Origin: Escherichia coli
Lineage (GTDB): Bacteria; Pseudomonadota; Gammaproteobacteria; Enterobacterales; Enterobacteriaceae
Strand: one strand, 5' to 3'
Length of the DNA: 24,000 bases
Assembly: GCF_030389695.1 (NCBI RefSeq)
Contig: NZ_CP128926.1
The notes under the pieces were generated by a model. It saw only the letters and a list, made by a program, of their open reading frames with translations, did no database searches and was not told where the DNA came from. Each line of letters begins with the position of its first letter. Position 1 is the stretch's first letter. Positions 10,566-19,984 of the stretch are shown piece by piece. A program made the translations under genes and the position numbers.

Positions 10566-11621
10566 TCATAATCCCAGCACCAGTTGTCTTTCCATTTGCG
10601 GATCAAGCAACGTCACATGCAGCCCCACCAGTCGCACACCGCGCCCGCCGCGGCGTTCATCCCAGGTTTTACGCGCGGTGGCGATTAAGTCAGCTTTATT
10701 CAGCCGCGGCCAGACGTGCTCCTGAGTGGTTTGCTGAAAATCGTCGAACTTTAATTTCACCCCCTGGCGGGCAATCAGTAAATCAGGTTTTACCTTTGCC
10801 AGACGGCGTTCAAGTTCCGGATACAGCCGCTCGATAATCGCTTCACATTCAGACCAGTGGTGGATATCTTCCGCCATCGTGCGTTCCACGCCGACGGATT
10901 TTCGCAACCGTTCGCTGTTAACGTCGCGCTCGTCAATCCCCTGACTACGCTCCCACAAAATGCGGCCAAATTTGCCAAAGCGTTTAAGCAGCATCACCAG
11001 ATCACACTTTTGTACATCACCGCAGGTTCGTAGCCCCATCGCTTCCAGTTTTGCCGCCGAGACTTTGCCGACGCCGGGGATTTTTGCCAGTGGTAAGGTT
11101 TGTAAAAATGCCGGAACTTCTGCCGGCGTAATCACAAACTGGCCGTTGGGTTTATTCATGTCGGAGGCGATTTTGGCGAGAAACTTTACGGGTGCCACGC
11201 CCGCAGACGCCGTCAGTTGCAGCTCGTTGAAAATCGTCTGGCGGATTTCCTGGGCGATGAGGGTCGCAGAACCGTGGCAATGGACGCTATCGGTGACGTC
11301 GAGATAAACCTCATCCAGTGACAACGGTTCAATACGCGAGGTGTAGCGCGAGAAGATTTCGCGGATATGATTTGAGGCTTCTTTGTAGGCGTCAAAGCGC
11401 CCCGGAAGCAAGGTGAGATGCGGGCATAATTTGAGCGCCATCCCTGTCGGCATAGCGCTACGTACGCCAAATTTACGCGCGGGATAATTGGCGGTGCTGA
11501 TCACCCCCCGACGTTCGCGGCTGCCGCCAATAGCAATAGGGATATCGCGCAGGGCGGGATTGTCGCGCATCTCCACTGCGGCGAAAAAGCAGTCCATATC
11601 CACATGAATGATTTTACGCAT
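10566..11621 (-). CDS. dinB: DNA polymerase IV (351 aa)
   Basis: [58 protein letters not shown]...; Y-family catalytic motifs including '[10 protein letters not shown]'. Confidence 0.98.
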   Translation of the reverse strand: MRKIIHVDMDCFFAAVEMRDNPALRDIPIAIGGSRERRGVISTANYPARKFGVRSAMPTGMALKLCPHLTLLPGRFDAYKEASNHIREIFSRYTSRIEPLSLDEVYLDVTDSVHCHGSATLIAQEIRQTIFNELQLTASAGVAPVKFLAKIASDMNKPNGQFVITPAEVPAFLQTLPLAKIPGVGKVSAAKLEAMGLRTCGDVQKCDLVMLLKRFGKFGRILWERSQGIDERDVNSERLRKSVGVERTMAEDIHHWSECEAIIERLYPELERRLAKVKPDLLIARQGVKLKFDDFQQTTQEHVWPRLNKADLIATARKTWDERRGGRGVRLVGLHVTLLDPQMERQLVLGL

Positions 11622-11637
11622 TACTCACCTCTCAACA

Positions 11638-11653
11638 CTGGTAAAGTATACAG
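11638..11653 (-). promoter_or_regulatory. LexA (SOS) box upstream of dinB
   Basis: CTGGTAAAGTATACAG on + strand (CTGTATACTTTACCAG on -), close to CTG-N10-CAG, 17 bp upstream of the dinB ATG. Confidence 0.85.
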
Positions 11654-11691
11654 TGATTTCAGGGTTTGAGAAATGCGTAAAGATTCAGCAT

Positions 11692-12582
11692 TTAGCGCGT
11701 TCGCTGCGAAAGCACCTGCTGCTTATCCAGCTTTTGCACCAGCGGCTGCACCACTTTATCCCCATGCTGACCAAAGTATTGATACAGCGTATCGGACGCA
11801 CTTTTGGTCAGCACCATAATCTCGATGCGCCGATTACCCGCACTTTGCGGATTCTTCGCGTCCAGCAGCATCTGGTCCGCCATTGCGCTTACCTGCATCA
11901 CTTTATCTTCCGGCATTCCGGCCTCTTCCAGCACCCGACGAGCCGAAAGCGCGCGGTCACCCGAAAGGTTCCAGTTGTTGTAGATATTGTTTTTGTAGGC
12001 CATCGCATCGGTATGCCCGGTAATAATAATTTTATTATCGAGCGAGTCGAACACTGGCGCGAGCTCCACCAGCAGCGTTTTAAAGAACGGCATAATCTTC
12101 GCGCTGCCGCGTTCAAACATATTGCGGTTCTGGTCATCTTTAATCAGCACGCGCAATCCCTGGGGAACAATCTCCATCTCCAGATTCGCTTCCATATGCG
12201 CATCACGGGCAATGGTGTTGATACTGGTTGCCAGCTCGCCAAGCTCGGTGGCGGATTTCTTCTTCAGCAGCGCTGTTTTCTCGTTGACGTCTCGCGCTTT
12301 TTTCTCCGTCTCTTCCGGCACCGCCACGGTGGCAGGTTTTGGCGGATGAGACGGGCTGATTTTATTTAACGGCGACAATCCGCCGCCACTGAAAATCGAC
12401 TGCCCGTGCAGCGCGGCGATAATGCTTTCACGCTCGGATTTACTGACGCTGTTGACAATCAACTTTATTGTCGTCACCAAAGGGGCCGAGCGTATTTCCG
12501 AGGTTTCTGCCCGCTTTACCTTAGACGCGATGCCCGGCAAACAGATGGCGATTGACGCCGATCTTAACGCCGGATTGATCAA
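11692..12582 (-). pseudogene. lafU: LafU (MbhA), MotB-like lateral-flagellar motor protein, N-terminus lost; ORF start reads antisense into fhiA
   Basis: 'IVNSVSKSERESIIAALHGQ...' followed by an OmpA-like domain 'IIITGHTDAMAYKNN...NWNLSGDRALSARRVLEEAGM'. The MotB membrane anchor is missing; the ~40 N-terminal residues of the track ORF are antisense to fhiA. Confidence 0.9.
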
Positions 12583-14161
12583 CCAGGCGCAGGCGCAAAC
12601 CCGGCGTAAAGATGTTGCCAGCGAGGCCGATTTCTACGGCGCGATGGACGGGGCATCGAAGTTTGTGCGCGGGGACGCCATCGCCGGGATGATGATTCTG
12701 GCGATCAACCTGATCGGCGGCGTCTGTATCGGGATCTTCAAATACAACCTGAGCGCCGATGCTGCCTTCCAGCAGTATGTGCTGATGACCATCGGCGACG
12801 GCCTGGTGGCGCAGATCCCTTCCCTGCTGCTCTCCACCGCGGCGGCGATTATCGTCACCCGCGTCAGCGACAACGGCGATATCGCCCATGACGTGCGTAA
12901 CCAGCTGCTGGCAAGCCCGTCGGTGCTCTACACCGCCACCGGGATTATGTTCGTGCTGGCGGTGGTACCGGGAATGCCGCACCTGCCGTTTTTGCTGTTC
13001 AGCGCCCTGCTTGGTTTTACCGGCTGGCGGATGAGCAAACAGCCGCTGGCGGCGGAGGCGGAAGAGAAAAGCCTCGAAACGCTGACCCGCACCATCACCG
13101 AAACCAGCGAGCAGCAGGTCAGTTGGGAAACCATTCCGCTGATCGAGCCTATCAGTTTAAGCCTCGGTTACAAACTGGTGGCGCTGGTGGACAAAGCACA
13201 GGGTAACCCGCTCACCCAGCGGATTCGCGGCGTGCGGCAGGTGATTTCTGACGGCAACGGCGTGCTGCTGCCGGAGATCCGCATTCGGGAAAACTTCCGC
13301 CTTAAGCCCAGTCAGTACGCCATTTTCATCAACGGCATAAAGGCTGATGAAGCGGATATTCCGGCGGATAAACTGATGGCCCTGCCCTCCAGCGAAACCT
13401 ACGGCGAGATTGACGGCGTGCTGGGGAACGACCCGGCGTATGGGATGCCGGTCACCTGGATCCAGCCTGCGCAGAAGGCGAAGGCGCTGAATATGGGGTA
13501 TCAGGTGATCGACAGCGCCAGCGTGATTGCTACCCATGTGAACAAGATTGTGCGCAGCTATATTCCTGATTTGTTTAACTATGATGATATTACGCAGTTG
13601 CATAACCGTTTGGCGTCGATGGCACCGCGCCTGGCGGAAGATTTAAGCGCGGCGCTCAATTACAGCCAGTTGCTGAAAGTGTACCGGGCGCTGCTGACCG
13701 AAGGCGTTTCCCTGCGCGATATCGTCACCATCGCCACCGTGCTGGTCGCCAGTAGCGCGGTGACCAAAGATCATATTCTGCTGGCAGCTGATGTGCGCCT
13801 GGCGCTGCGGCGAAGCATTACCCATCCGTTCGTTCGCAAGCAGGAGCTGACGGTGTATACGCTGAATAATGAGCTGGAAAATCTGCTGACCAACGTGGTG
13901 AATCAGGCGCAACAGGGCGGGAAAGTGATGCTCGACAGCGTGCCGGTCGATCCGAATATGCTCAACCAGTTCCAGAGTACGATGCCACAGGTGAAAGAGC
14001 AGATGAAAGCGGCGGGGAAAGACCCGGTGCTGCTGGTGCCACCGCAGCTGCGCCCTTTGCTGGCGCGTTATGCAAGGTTGTTTGCGCCGGGGCTGCATGT
14101 GCTGTCGTATAACGAAGTGCCGGATGAGCTGGAGTTGAAGATTATGGGGGCGTTGATGTAG
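12446..14161 (+). pseudogene. fhiA: FhiA (LfhA), FlhA-family lateral-flagellar export protein lacking its N-terminal transmembrane part; ORF annotated from 12422
   Basis: 'INFIVVTKGAERISEVSARFTLDAMPGKQMAIDADLNAGLINQAQAQTRRKDVASEADFYGAMDGASKFVRGDAIAGMMI' is the FlhA/FHIPEP signature; only the portion from the middle TM segments onward is present. Confidence 0.9.
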
Positions 14162-14374
14162 GCATGATAAGACGCGTCAGCGTCGCATCAGGCATCGGTG
14201 CATAACCGCCGGATGCGGCGTGAACGCCTTATCCGGCCTACCGTTCAGGCGCAGGTTTGTAGGCATGATAAGATGTGCCAGCGTCGCATCAGGCATCCGC
14301 GCACAATTGCCGGATGCGGCACAAGTTTGTAGGCACGATAAGACGCGCCAGCGTCGCATCAGGCATCTGCGCAT
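14159..14374. repeat. REP/BIME cluster (4 or more REP units) downstream of fhiA and rayT
   Basis: Repeated 'taggcatgataagacgcgtcagcgtcgcatcaggcat...gccggatgcggcgtgaacgccttatccggcctacc', again at about 14260-14330 and 14330-14366; characteristic REP palindromes. Confidence 0.93.
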
Positions 14375-14376
14375 AA

Positions 14377-14848
14377 TTATAAAATGATACGCTCGCCAGC
14401 ATTTATATCCGTTACGTCCCCCGCCCAATCGATGGGATATAACCCTCGCGCGACATCGCGATGGAACGTTGAGAATGGCCAATCACTCACTTGCTTTACC
14501 CAACCATGCTTTACTGGATTTATATAAATATAATCAACATGATGCCTATAATCTTTGGTATTGCGGATGGCGTGCTCCCAAAAACGTGGTTGCCAGATAT
14601 TTTTCAATCCACAAGCATGGGTAAATTGCTTTTTAATTTCCCGCCAGCGCGAGGAAAAATCATCATCGCCTTCAGGTAATGTCCAGATACAGTGCATATG
14701 CTCTGGCAAAACGACCCAGGCGTTGATTTCAAAAGGCCTGTCTCGCTTAACTTTAATAATGGCGTGACGGAGCATCTGGTACTGGGTGGTCAAGAGTTGG
14801 CTTCGACGATTGCGTAAATTCACCGTGAAAAACCAGGTTCCCCCCTTG
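14377..14848 (-). pseudogene. rayT: RayT (YafM), REP-associated tyrosine transposase, 3' portion; 5' end separated by IS1
   Basis: 'GGTWFFTVNLRNRRSQLLTTQYQMLRHAIIKVKRDRPFEINAWVVLPEHMHCIWTLPEGDDDFSSRWREIKKQF' with the HUH-like 'LPEHMHCIW' motif (Y1 transposase IS200-like fold). The remaining first codons are at 15626-15660. Confidence 0.92.
14840..14848. repeat. IS1 target site duplication, left copy (CCCCCCTTG)
   Basis: Identical 9-mer at 15626-15634 on the other side of IS1. Confidence 0.95.
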
Positions 14849-14863
14849 GGTAATGACTCCAAC

Positions 14864-15376
14864 TTATTGATAGTGTTTTATGTTCAGATAATGCCCGATG
14901 ACTTTGTCATGCAGCTCCACCGATTTTGAGAACGACAGCGACTTCCGTCCCAGCCGTCCCAGCCGTGCCAGGTGCTGCCTCAGATTCAGGTTATGCCGCT
15001 CAATTCGCTGCGTATATCGCTTGCTGATTACGTGCAGCTTTCCCTTCAGGCGGGATTCATACAGCGGCCAGCCATCCGTCATCCATATCACCACGTCAAA
15101 GGGTGACAGCAGGCTCATAAGACGCCCCAGCGTCGCCATCGTGCGTTCACCGAATACGTGCGCAACAACCGTCTTCCGGAGCCTGTCATACGCGTAAAAC
15201 AGCCAGCGCTGGCGCGATTTAGCCCCGACATAGCCCCACTGTTCGTCCATTTCCGCGCAGACGATGACGTCACTGCCCGGCTGTATGCGCGAGGTTACCG
15301 ACTGCGGCCTGAGTTTTTTAAGTGACGTAAAATCGTGTTGAGGCCAACGCCCATAATGCGGGCGGTTGCCCGGCAT
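14864..15376 (-). CDS. insB: IS1 InsB transposase portion (170 aa, with 3-aa insertion)
   Basis: [58 protein letters not shown]...[16 protein letters not shown]...; overlaps insA by -1 frame as in IS1. Confidence 0.95.
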
Positions 15377-15570
15377 CCAACGCCATTCATGGCCATATCA
15401 ATGATTTTCTGGTGCGTACCGGGTTGAGAAGCGGTGTAAGTGAACTGCAGTTGCCATGTTTTACGGCAGTGAGAGCAGAGATAGCGCTGATGTCCGGCGG
15501 TGCTTTTGCCGTTACGCACCACCCCGTCAGTAGCTGAACAGGAGGGACAGCTGATAGAAACAGAAGCCAC
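15295..15570 (-). CDS. insA: IS1 InsA (91 aa)
   Basis: [51 protein letters not shown] (zinc finger), GTG start. Confidence 0.96.
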
Positions 15571-15625
15571 TGGAGCACCTCAAAAACACCATCATACACT
15601 AAATCAGTAAGTTGGCAGCATCACC

Positions 15626-15634
15626 CCCCCCTTG
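15626..15634. repeat. IS1 target site duplication, right copy (CCCCCCTTG)
   Basis: Identical 9-mer to 14840-14848. Confidence 0.95.
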
Positions 15635-15660
15635 ATGTAATAACGACGATATTCAGACAT
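15626..15660 (-). pseudogene. rayT: 5' fragment of rayT (start codon and first codons)
   Basis: Reverse complement ATG TCT GAA TAT CGT CGT TAT TAC ATC AAG GGG GG: MSEYRRYYIKG, which rejoins to 'GTWFFTVN' when IS1 and one TSD copy are removed. Confidence 0.9.
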
Positions 15661-15753
15661 GGCGACTCCTTTTTCTCAACGGTAAGAAGAAAAGGAAAGG
15701 TCGGCAATGAGGTGATGGAATAACAGGAAAGCGGCTCGCAAAAACGCACAGAT

Positions 15754-16585
<832 letters not shown>

Positions 16586-16762
16586 TCTCAATAATGGCTG
16601 GTCATGCATTGATGTTGCAGTGTATCCTGGCCCGTACCTGAACAAACTTAATAAACCATTATTATAAAATTAATAAATATATTTCAGTTTATTATGTAAA
16701 AACATCCGTTTCTTAAATTACTCATGGATTGTCGCTGTTGCTCATTTGAGCTACAATTCAAG

Positions 16763-16778
16763 CTGTATAAATATACAG
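16763..16778 (+). promoter_or_regulatory. LexA (SOS)-type box upstream of dinJ
   Basis: CTGTATAAATATACAG, a match to CTGT-N8-ACAG, 17 bp upstream of dinJ ATG. It lies within the leader where DinJ-YafQ also autoregulates. Confidence 0.85.
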
Positions 16779-16794
16779 CACAGGAGATACCCCA

Positions 16795-17055
16795 ATGGCT
16801 GCTAACGCGTTTGTTCGCGCCCGAATCGATGAAGATCTGAAGAATCAGGCGGCGGACGTACTGGCCGGGATGGGGCTGACCATCTCTGACCTGGTTCGCA
16901 TAACCCTCACAAAGGTCGCGCGTGAAAAGGCATTGCCGTTCGATTTACGCGAGCCTAATCAATTAACCATTCAATCAATTAAAAACAGCGAAGCTGGCGT
17001 TGATGTTCATAAGGCCAAAGACGCCGATGATTTATTTGATAAATTAGGAATTTAA
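16795..17055 (+). CDS. dinJ: DinJ antitoxin (86 aa)
   Basis: MAANAFVRARIDEDLKNQAADVLAGMGLTISDLVRITLTKVAREKALPFDLREPNQLTIQSIKNSEAGVDVHKAKDADDLFDKLGI, RelB/DinJ family, intact. Confidence 0.97.
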   Translation: MAANAFVRARIDEDLKNQAADVLAGMGLTISDLVRITLTKVAREKALPFDLREPNQLTIQSIKNSEAGVDVHKAKDADDLFDKLGI

Positions 17056-17057
17056 AT

Positions 17058-17327
17058 ATGATTCAAAGGGATATTGAATACTCGGGACAATTTTCAAAGG
17101 ATGTAAAACTTGCACAAAAGCGTCATAATGATATGAATAAATTGAAATATCTTATGACGCTTCTTACTTTACCGCTTCCAGCTGTTTATTAAGACCACCC
17201 GCTGCAAGGTTCATGGAAAGGTTATCGCGATGCTCATGTCGAACCGGACTGGCTCCTGATTTACAAACTTACCGATAAACTTTTACGATTTGAGAGAACT
17301 GGAACTCACGCGGCGCTCTTTGGGTAA
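17058..17327 (+). pseudogene. yafQ: YafQ mRNA interferase toxin, interrupted by a nonsense codon at 17190-17192 and carrying an upstream in-frame deletion
   Basis: Manual translation from ATG 17058: MIQRDIEYSGQFSKDVKLAQKRHNDMNKLKYLMTLLTLPLPAVY*DHPLQGSWKGYRDAHVEPDWLLIYKLTDKLLRFERTGTHAALFG*. One reading frame with an internal TAA, absent from the ORF track as expected. Confidence 0.93.
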
Positions 17328-17482
17328 AGCCCGCTTCCGATGAAATTTGTAAACCCTGCGCCGACAGGCTTGCGTAAAACTCTTTTGGTGATAATGTGAG
17401 CCTTCCAAATCCAGACTATTCCGATTTGGGATTCATTTTGCCGTCCTGGCGTGTGTAACCGTTTTATCAAGGAATAAGCAGT

Positions 17483-18223
17483 ATGCGTAAAATCGCATTA
17501 ATTCTTGCGATGTTGTTGATCCCGTGCGTTTCGTTTGCCGGTTTGCTGGGCAGCAGTAGCTCGACCACGCCAGTGAGCAAAGAGTATAAGCAGCAGTTGA
17601 TGGGATCCCCTGTCTACATCCAGATATTCAAGGAAGAACGTACGCTCGATCTCTACGTCAAAATGGGCGAGCAATATCAACTGCTCGACAGCTATAAAAT
17701 CTGTAAATATTCCGGCGGCTTAGGGCCAAAACAGCGTCAGGGCGATTTCAAAAGCCCGGAAGGGTTTTATAGCGTCCAGCGTAATCAGTTAAAACCAGAC
17801 AGCCGTTACTACAAAGCGATTAATATTGGTTTCCCCAATGCCTATGACCGTGCGCATGGTTATGAAGGGAAATACCTGATGATCCACGGCGATTGTGTTT
17901 CCATCGGCTGCTACGCAATGACCAATCAGGGTATTGATGAGATATTCCAGTTCGTTACTGGTGCGCTGGTGTTTGGTCAGCCGAGCGTGCAAGTGAGTAT
18001 TTACCCGTTCCGCATGACCGACGCCAATATGAAGCGCCATAAATATTCCAACTTTAAGGACTTCTGGGAGCAACTGAAGCCGGGTTACGACTACTTTGAG
18101 CAAACCCGTAAGCCACCAACCGTTTCTGTGGTCAATGGTCGTTACGTGGTCAGCAAGCCGTTAAGCCACGAAGTTGTGCAGCCACAACTGGCATCAAACT
18201 ACACGCTCCCCGAGGCAAAATAA
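17483..18223 (+). CDS. yafK: YafK (DpaA/LdtF), L,D-transpeptidase-fold YkuD-domain protein (246 aa)
   Basis: [28 protein letters not shown]...'[23 protein letters not shown]' YkuD catalytic motif. Confidence 0.96.
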   Translation: MRKIALILAMLLIPCVSFAGLLGSSSSTTPVSKEYKQQLMGSPVYIQIFKEERTLDLYVKMGEQYQLLDSYKICKYSGGLGPKQRQGDFKSPEGFYSVQRNQLKPDSRYYKAINIGFPNAYDRAHGYEGKYLMIHGDCVSIGCYAMTNQGIDEIFQFVTGALVFGQPSVQVSIYPFRMTDANMKRHKYSNFKDFWEQLKPGYDYFEQTRKPPTVSVVNGRYVVSKPLSHEVVQPQLASNYTLPEAK

Positions 18224-18961
18224 GCGCCATTCGCCTGGCATAATCTTTTGCCAGGTTTCATTGCCCGTCAGCGGCTGTGTTGCAATCACCGTGACCACAT
18301 CATTCGGTGTGGTCTGCGAGCTGAAGTCGATTTCCACATCCTGATCCAGCAACGTTGCCACGCCAAACGGCGCGCGGCGGGTGATCCAGTGTAAATTAGT
18401 CGAGCAATACGCCATTACATAGCGCCCGTCCGAAAGCAGCATGTTGAAAACGCCCTTCTGCCGCAGTTCATCCGCCAGTGAGGCGATATATTTAAATACC
18501 GCCGCCATGTTGCCCGGTGTGCGCGGGTAACGCTGCGTTAATTTATGCAGGAGCCAGCAGAAGGCTTTTTCGCTGTCGGTTTCGCCTACCGGGCGGAAGT
18601 TGCCGGTTTCCAGTGATTTGTAGCCCGTCAGTTGTCCGTTATGGGCATAAGTCCAGTTACGCCCCCATAACTCGCGGGTAAATGGGTGAGTATTTTCCAG
18701 CGCCACCTCGCCCCGATTAGCCTGGCGAATATGAGCCACCACCGAACAGGATTTTATCGGGTAGTCCTGGACAAGTTTGGCGATGGGGGAATTAAAGCTG
18801 GGTTGTGGATCTTTAAATGTGCGACAGCCTTTACCTTCGTAAAAGGTAATGCCCCAGCCATCTTTATGTGGCCCGGTTCCACCACCACGCTGTACAAGCC
18901 CGGTGAAACTAAAGCAGATATCGGTAGGGACGTTGGCGCTCATCCCGAGCAATTCGCACAT
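18194..18961 (-). CDS. yafJ: YafJ, class II glutamine amidotransferase-like protein (255 aa)
   Basis: [38 protein letters not shown]..: N-terminal Cys2 of the Ntn-hydrolase glutamine amidotransferase class. Confidence 0.95.
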   Translation of the reverse strand: MCELLGMSANVPTDICFSFTGLVQRGGGTGPHKDGWGITFYEGKGCRTFKDPQPSFNSPIAKLVQDYPIKSCSVVAHIRQANRGEVALENTHPFTRELWGRNWTYAHNGQLTGYKSLETGNFRPVGETDSEKAFCWLLHKLTQRYPRTPGNMAAVFKYIASLADELRQKGVFNMLLSDGRYVMAYCSTNLHWITRRAPFGVATLLDQDVEIDFSSQTTPNDVVTVIATQPLTGNETWQKIMPGEWRLFCLGERVV

Positions 18962-19021
18962 GGGTAACCTCCACAACAGCGGGAGCGCATGGCCCCCGGC
19001 GAAGATTGATTTAAGAATTTT

Positions 19022-19160
19022 CAGGTCGGATGCGGCGTGAACGCATTATTCGGCCTACGGTTCGCGTACAGATTTGTAGGCATGATAAGACGCGTCAGCG
19101 TCGCATCAGGCATCAGCGCACAAATGCCGGATGCGGCGTAAACGTCTTATCCGGCCTACG
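19022..19160. repeat. REP/BIME cluster between yafJ and gmhA
   Basis: gtcggatgcggcgtgaacgc..., taggcatgataagacgcgtcagcgtcgcatcaggca, tgccggatgcggcgtaaacgtcttatccggcctacg. Confidence 0.92.
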
Positions 19161-19166
19161 CCAGAC

Positions 19167-19745
19167 TTACTTAACCATCTCTTTTTCAATCAACTGGATC
19201 AGGATATGGATCACTTTAATGTGAATCTCCTGAATGCGGTCGGCATAACCAAAGTGCGGTACGCGAATTTCGATATCCGCCGTGCCAGCCATTTTGCCGC
19301 CGTCTTTACCGGTCAGGGTGATCACTTTCATTCCCTTCTCACGCGCCGCTGCGATCGCTTTGATCACGTTTGCAGAGTTACCGGAGGTGGAGATCCCCAG
19401 CAGTACATCGCCTTCGCGACCTACCGCTTCAACGTAGCGGGAGAAAATATCATTGAAACCGAAATCATTACCGACGCAGGAAATATGACTAACGTCAGAA
19501 ATAGCAATCGCCGGGTAGCCCGGACGGTTTTCACGGTAGCGACCGGTCAACTCTTCGGCAAAGTGCATAGCGTCGCAATGGGAACCGCCGTTGCCGCAGG
19601 AAAGCACTTTGCCACCGGCTTTAAAGCTGTCTGCTAACAGGACCGCCGCGCGCTGAATGGCGTGAATATTGGCGTCATCTTTTAAAAAGTTAGCCAGCGT
19701 TTCCGCCGCTTCGTTCAGTTCGTTACGAATAAGATCCTGGTACAT
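19167..19745 (-). CDS. gmhA: sedoheptulose-7-phosphate isomerase GmhA (192 aa)
   Basis: [74 protein letters not shown]; SIS domain. Start trimmed from the 203-aa track ORF. Confidence 0.97.
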
Positions 19746-19946
19746 GAGGATATCCTTCAGCATAAATGTAATAGACAAAATGCAGTGTACCGGATACCGC
19801 CAAAAGCGAGAAGTACGGGCAGGTGCTATGACCAGGACTTTTTGACCTGAAGTGCGGATAAAAACAGCAACAATGTGAGCTTTGTTGTAATTATATTGTA
19901 AACATATTGCTAAATGTTTTTACATCCACTACAACCATATCATCAC

Positions 19947-19963
19947 AAGTGGTCAGACCTCCT
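19947..19963 (+). promoter_or_regulatory. possible FadR operator upstream of fadE
   Basis: AAGTGGTCAGACCTCCT, resembling AACTGGTCNGACCAGTT in its core TGGTCNGACC, about 20 bp before the fadE start. Confidence 0.7.
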
Positions 19964-19984
19964 ACAAGTAAGGGGCTTTTCGTT

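Larger units (their letters stand above)
14849..15625 (-). mobile_element. IS1 insertion (777 bp; 9 bp longer than canonical 768)
   Basis: Terminal sequences GGTAATGACTCCAACTTATTG... and reverse complement of GGTGATGCTGCCAACTTACTGATTTAG...; contains insA and insB; flanked by the direct repeat CCCCCCTTG. Confidence 0.97.

Noticed and set aside
12521-14098. Minus-strand ORFs of 148-153 aa across fhiA
   Set aside because: Antisense to the FlhA-family frame, which has clear protein homology; no independent support.
14159-14374. Regularly recurring ~35-nt motifs as a possible CRISPR array
   Set aside because: The units are imperfect palindromic REP sequences in alternating orientation without uniform unique spacers; this is a BIME cluster, not CRISPR, and no cas genes are present.
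14177-14482. 101-aa minus-strand ORF
   Set aside because: Mostly translated REP/BIME repeats plus the out-of-frame rayT 3' end.
14891-15197. 99-aa plus-strand ORF in IS1
   Set aside because: Antisense to insB; not a separate gene.
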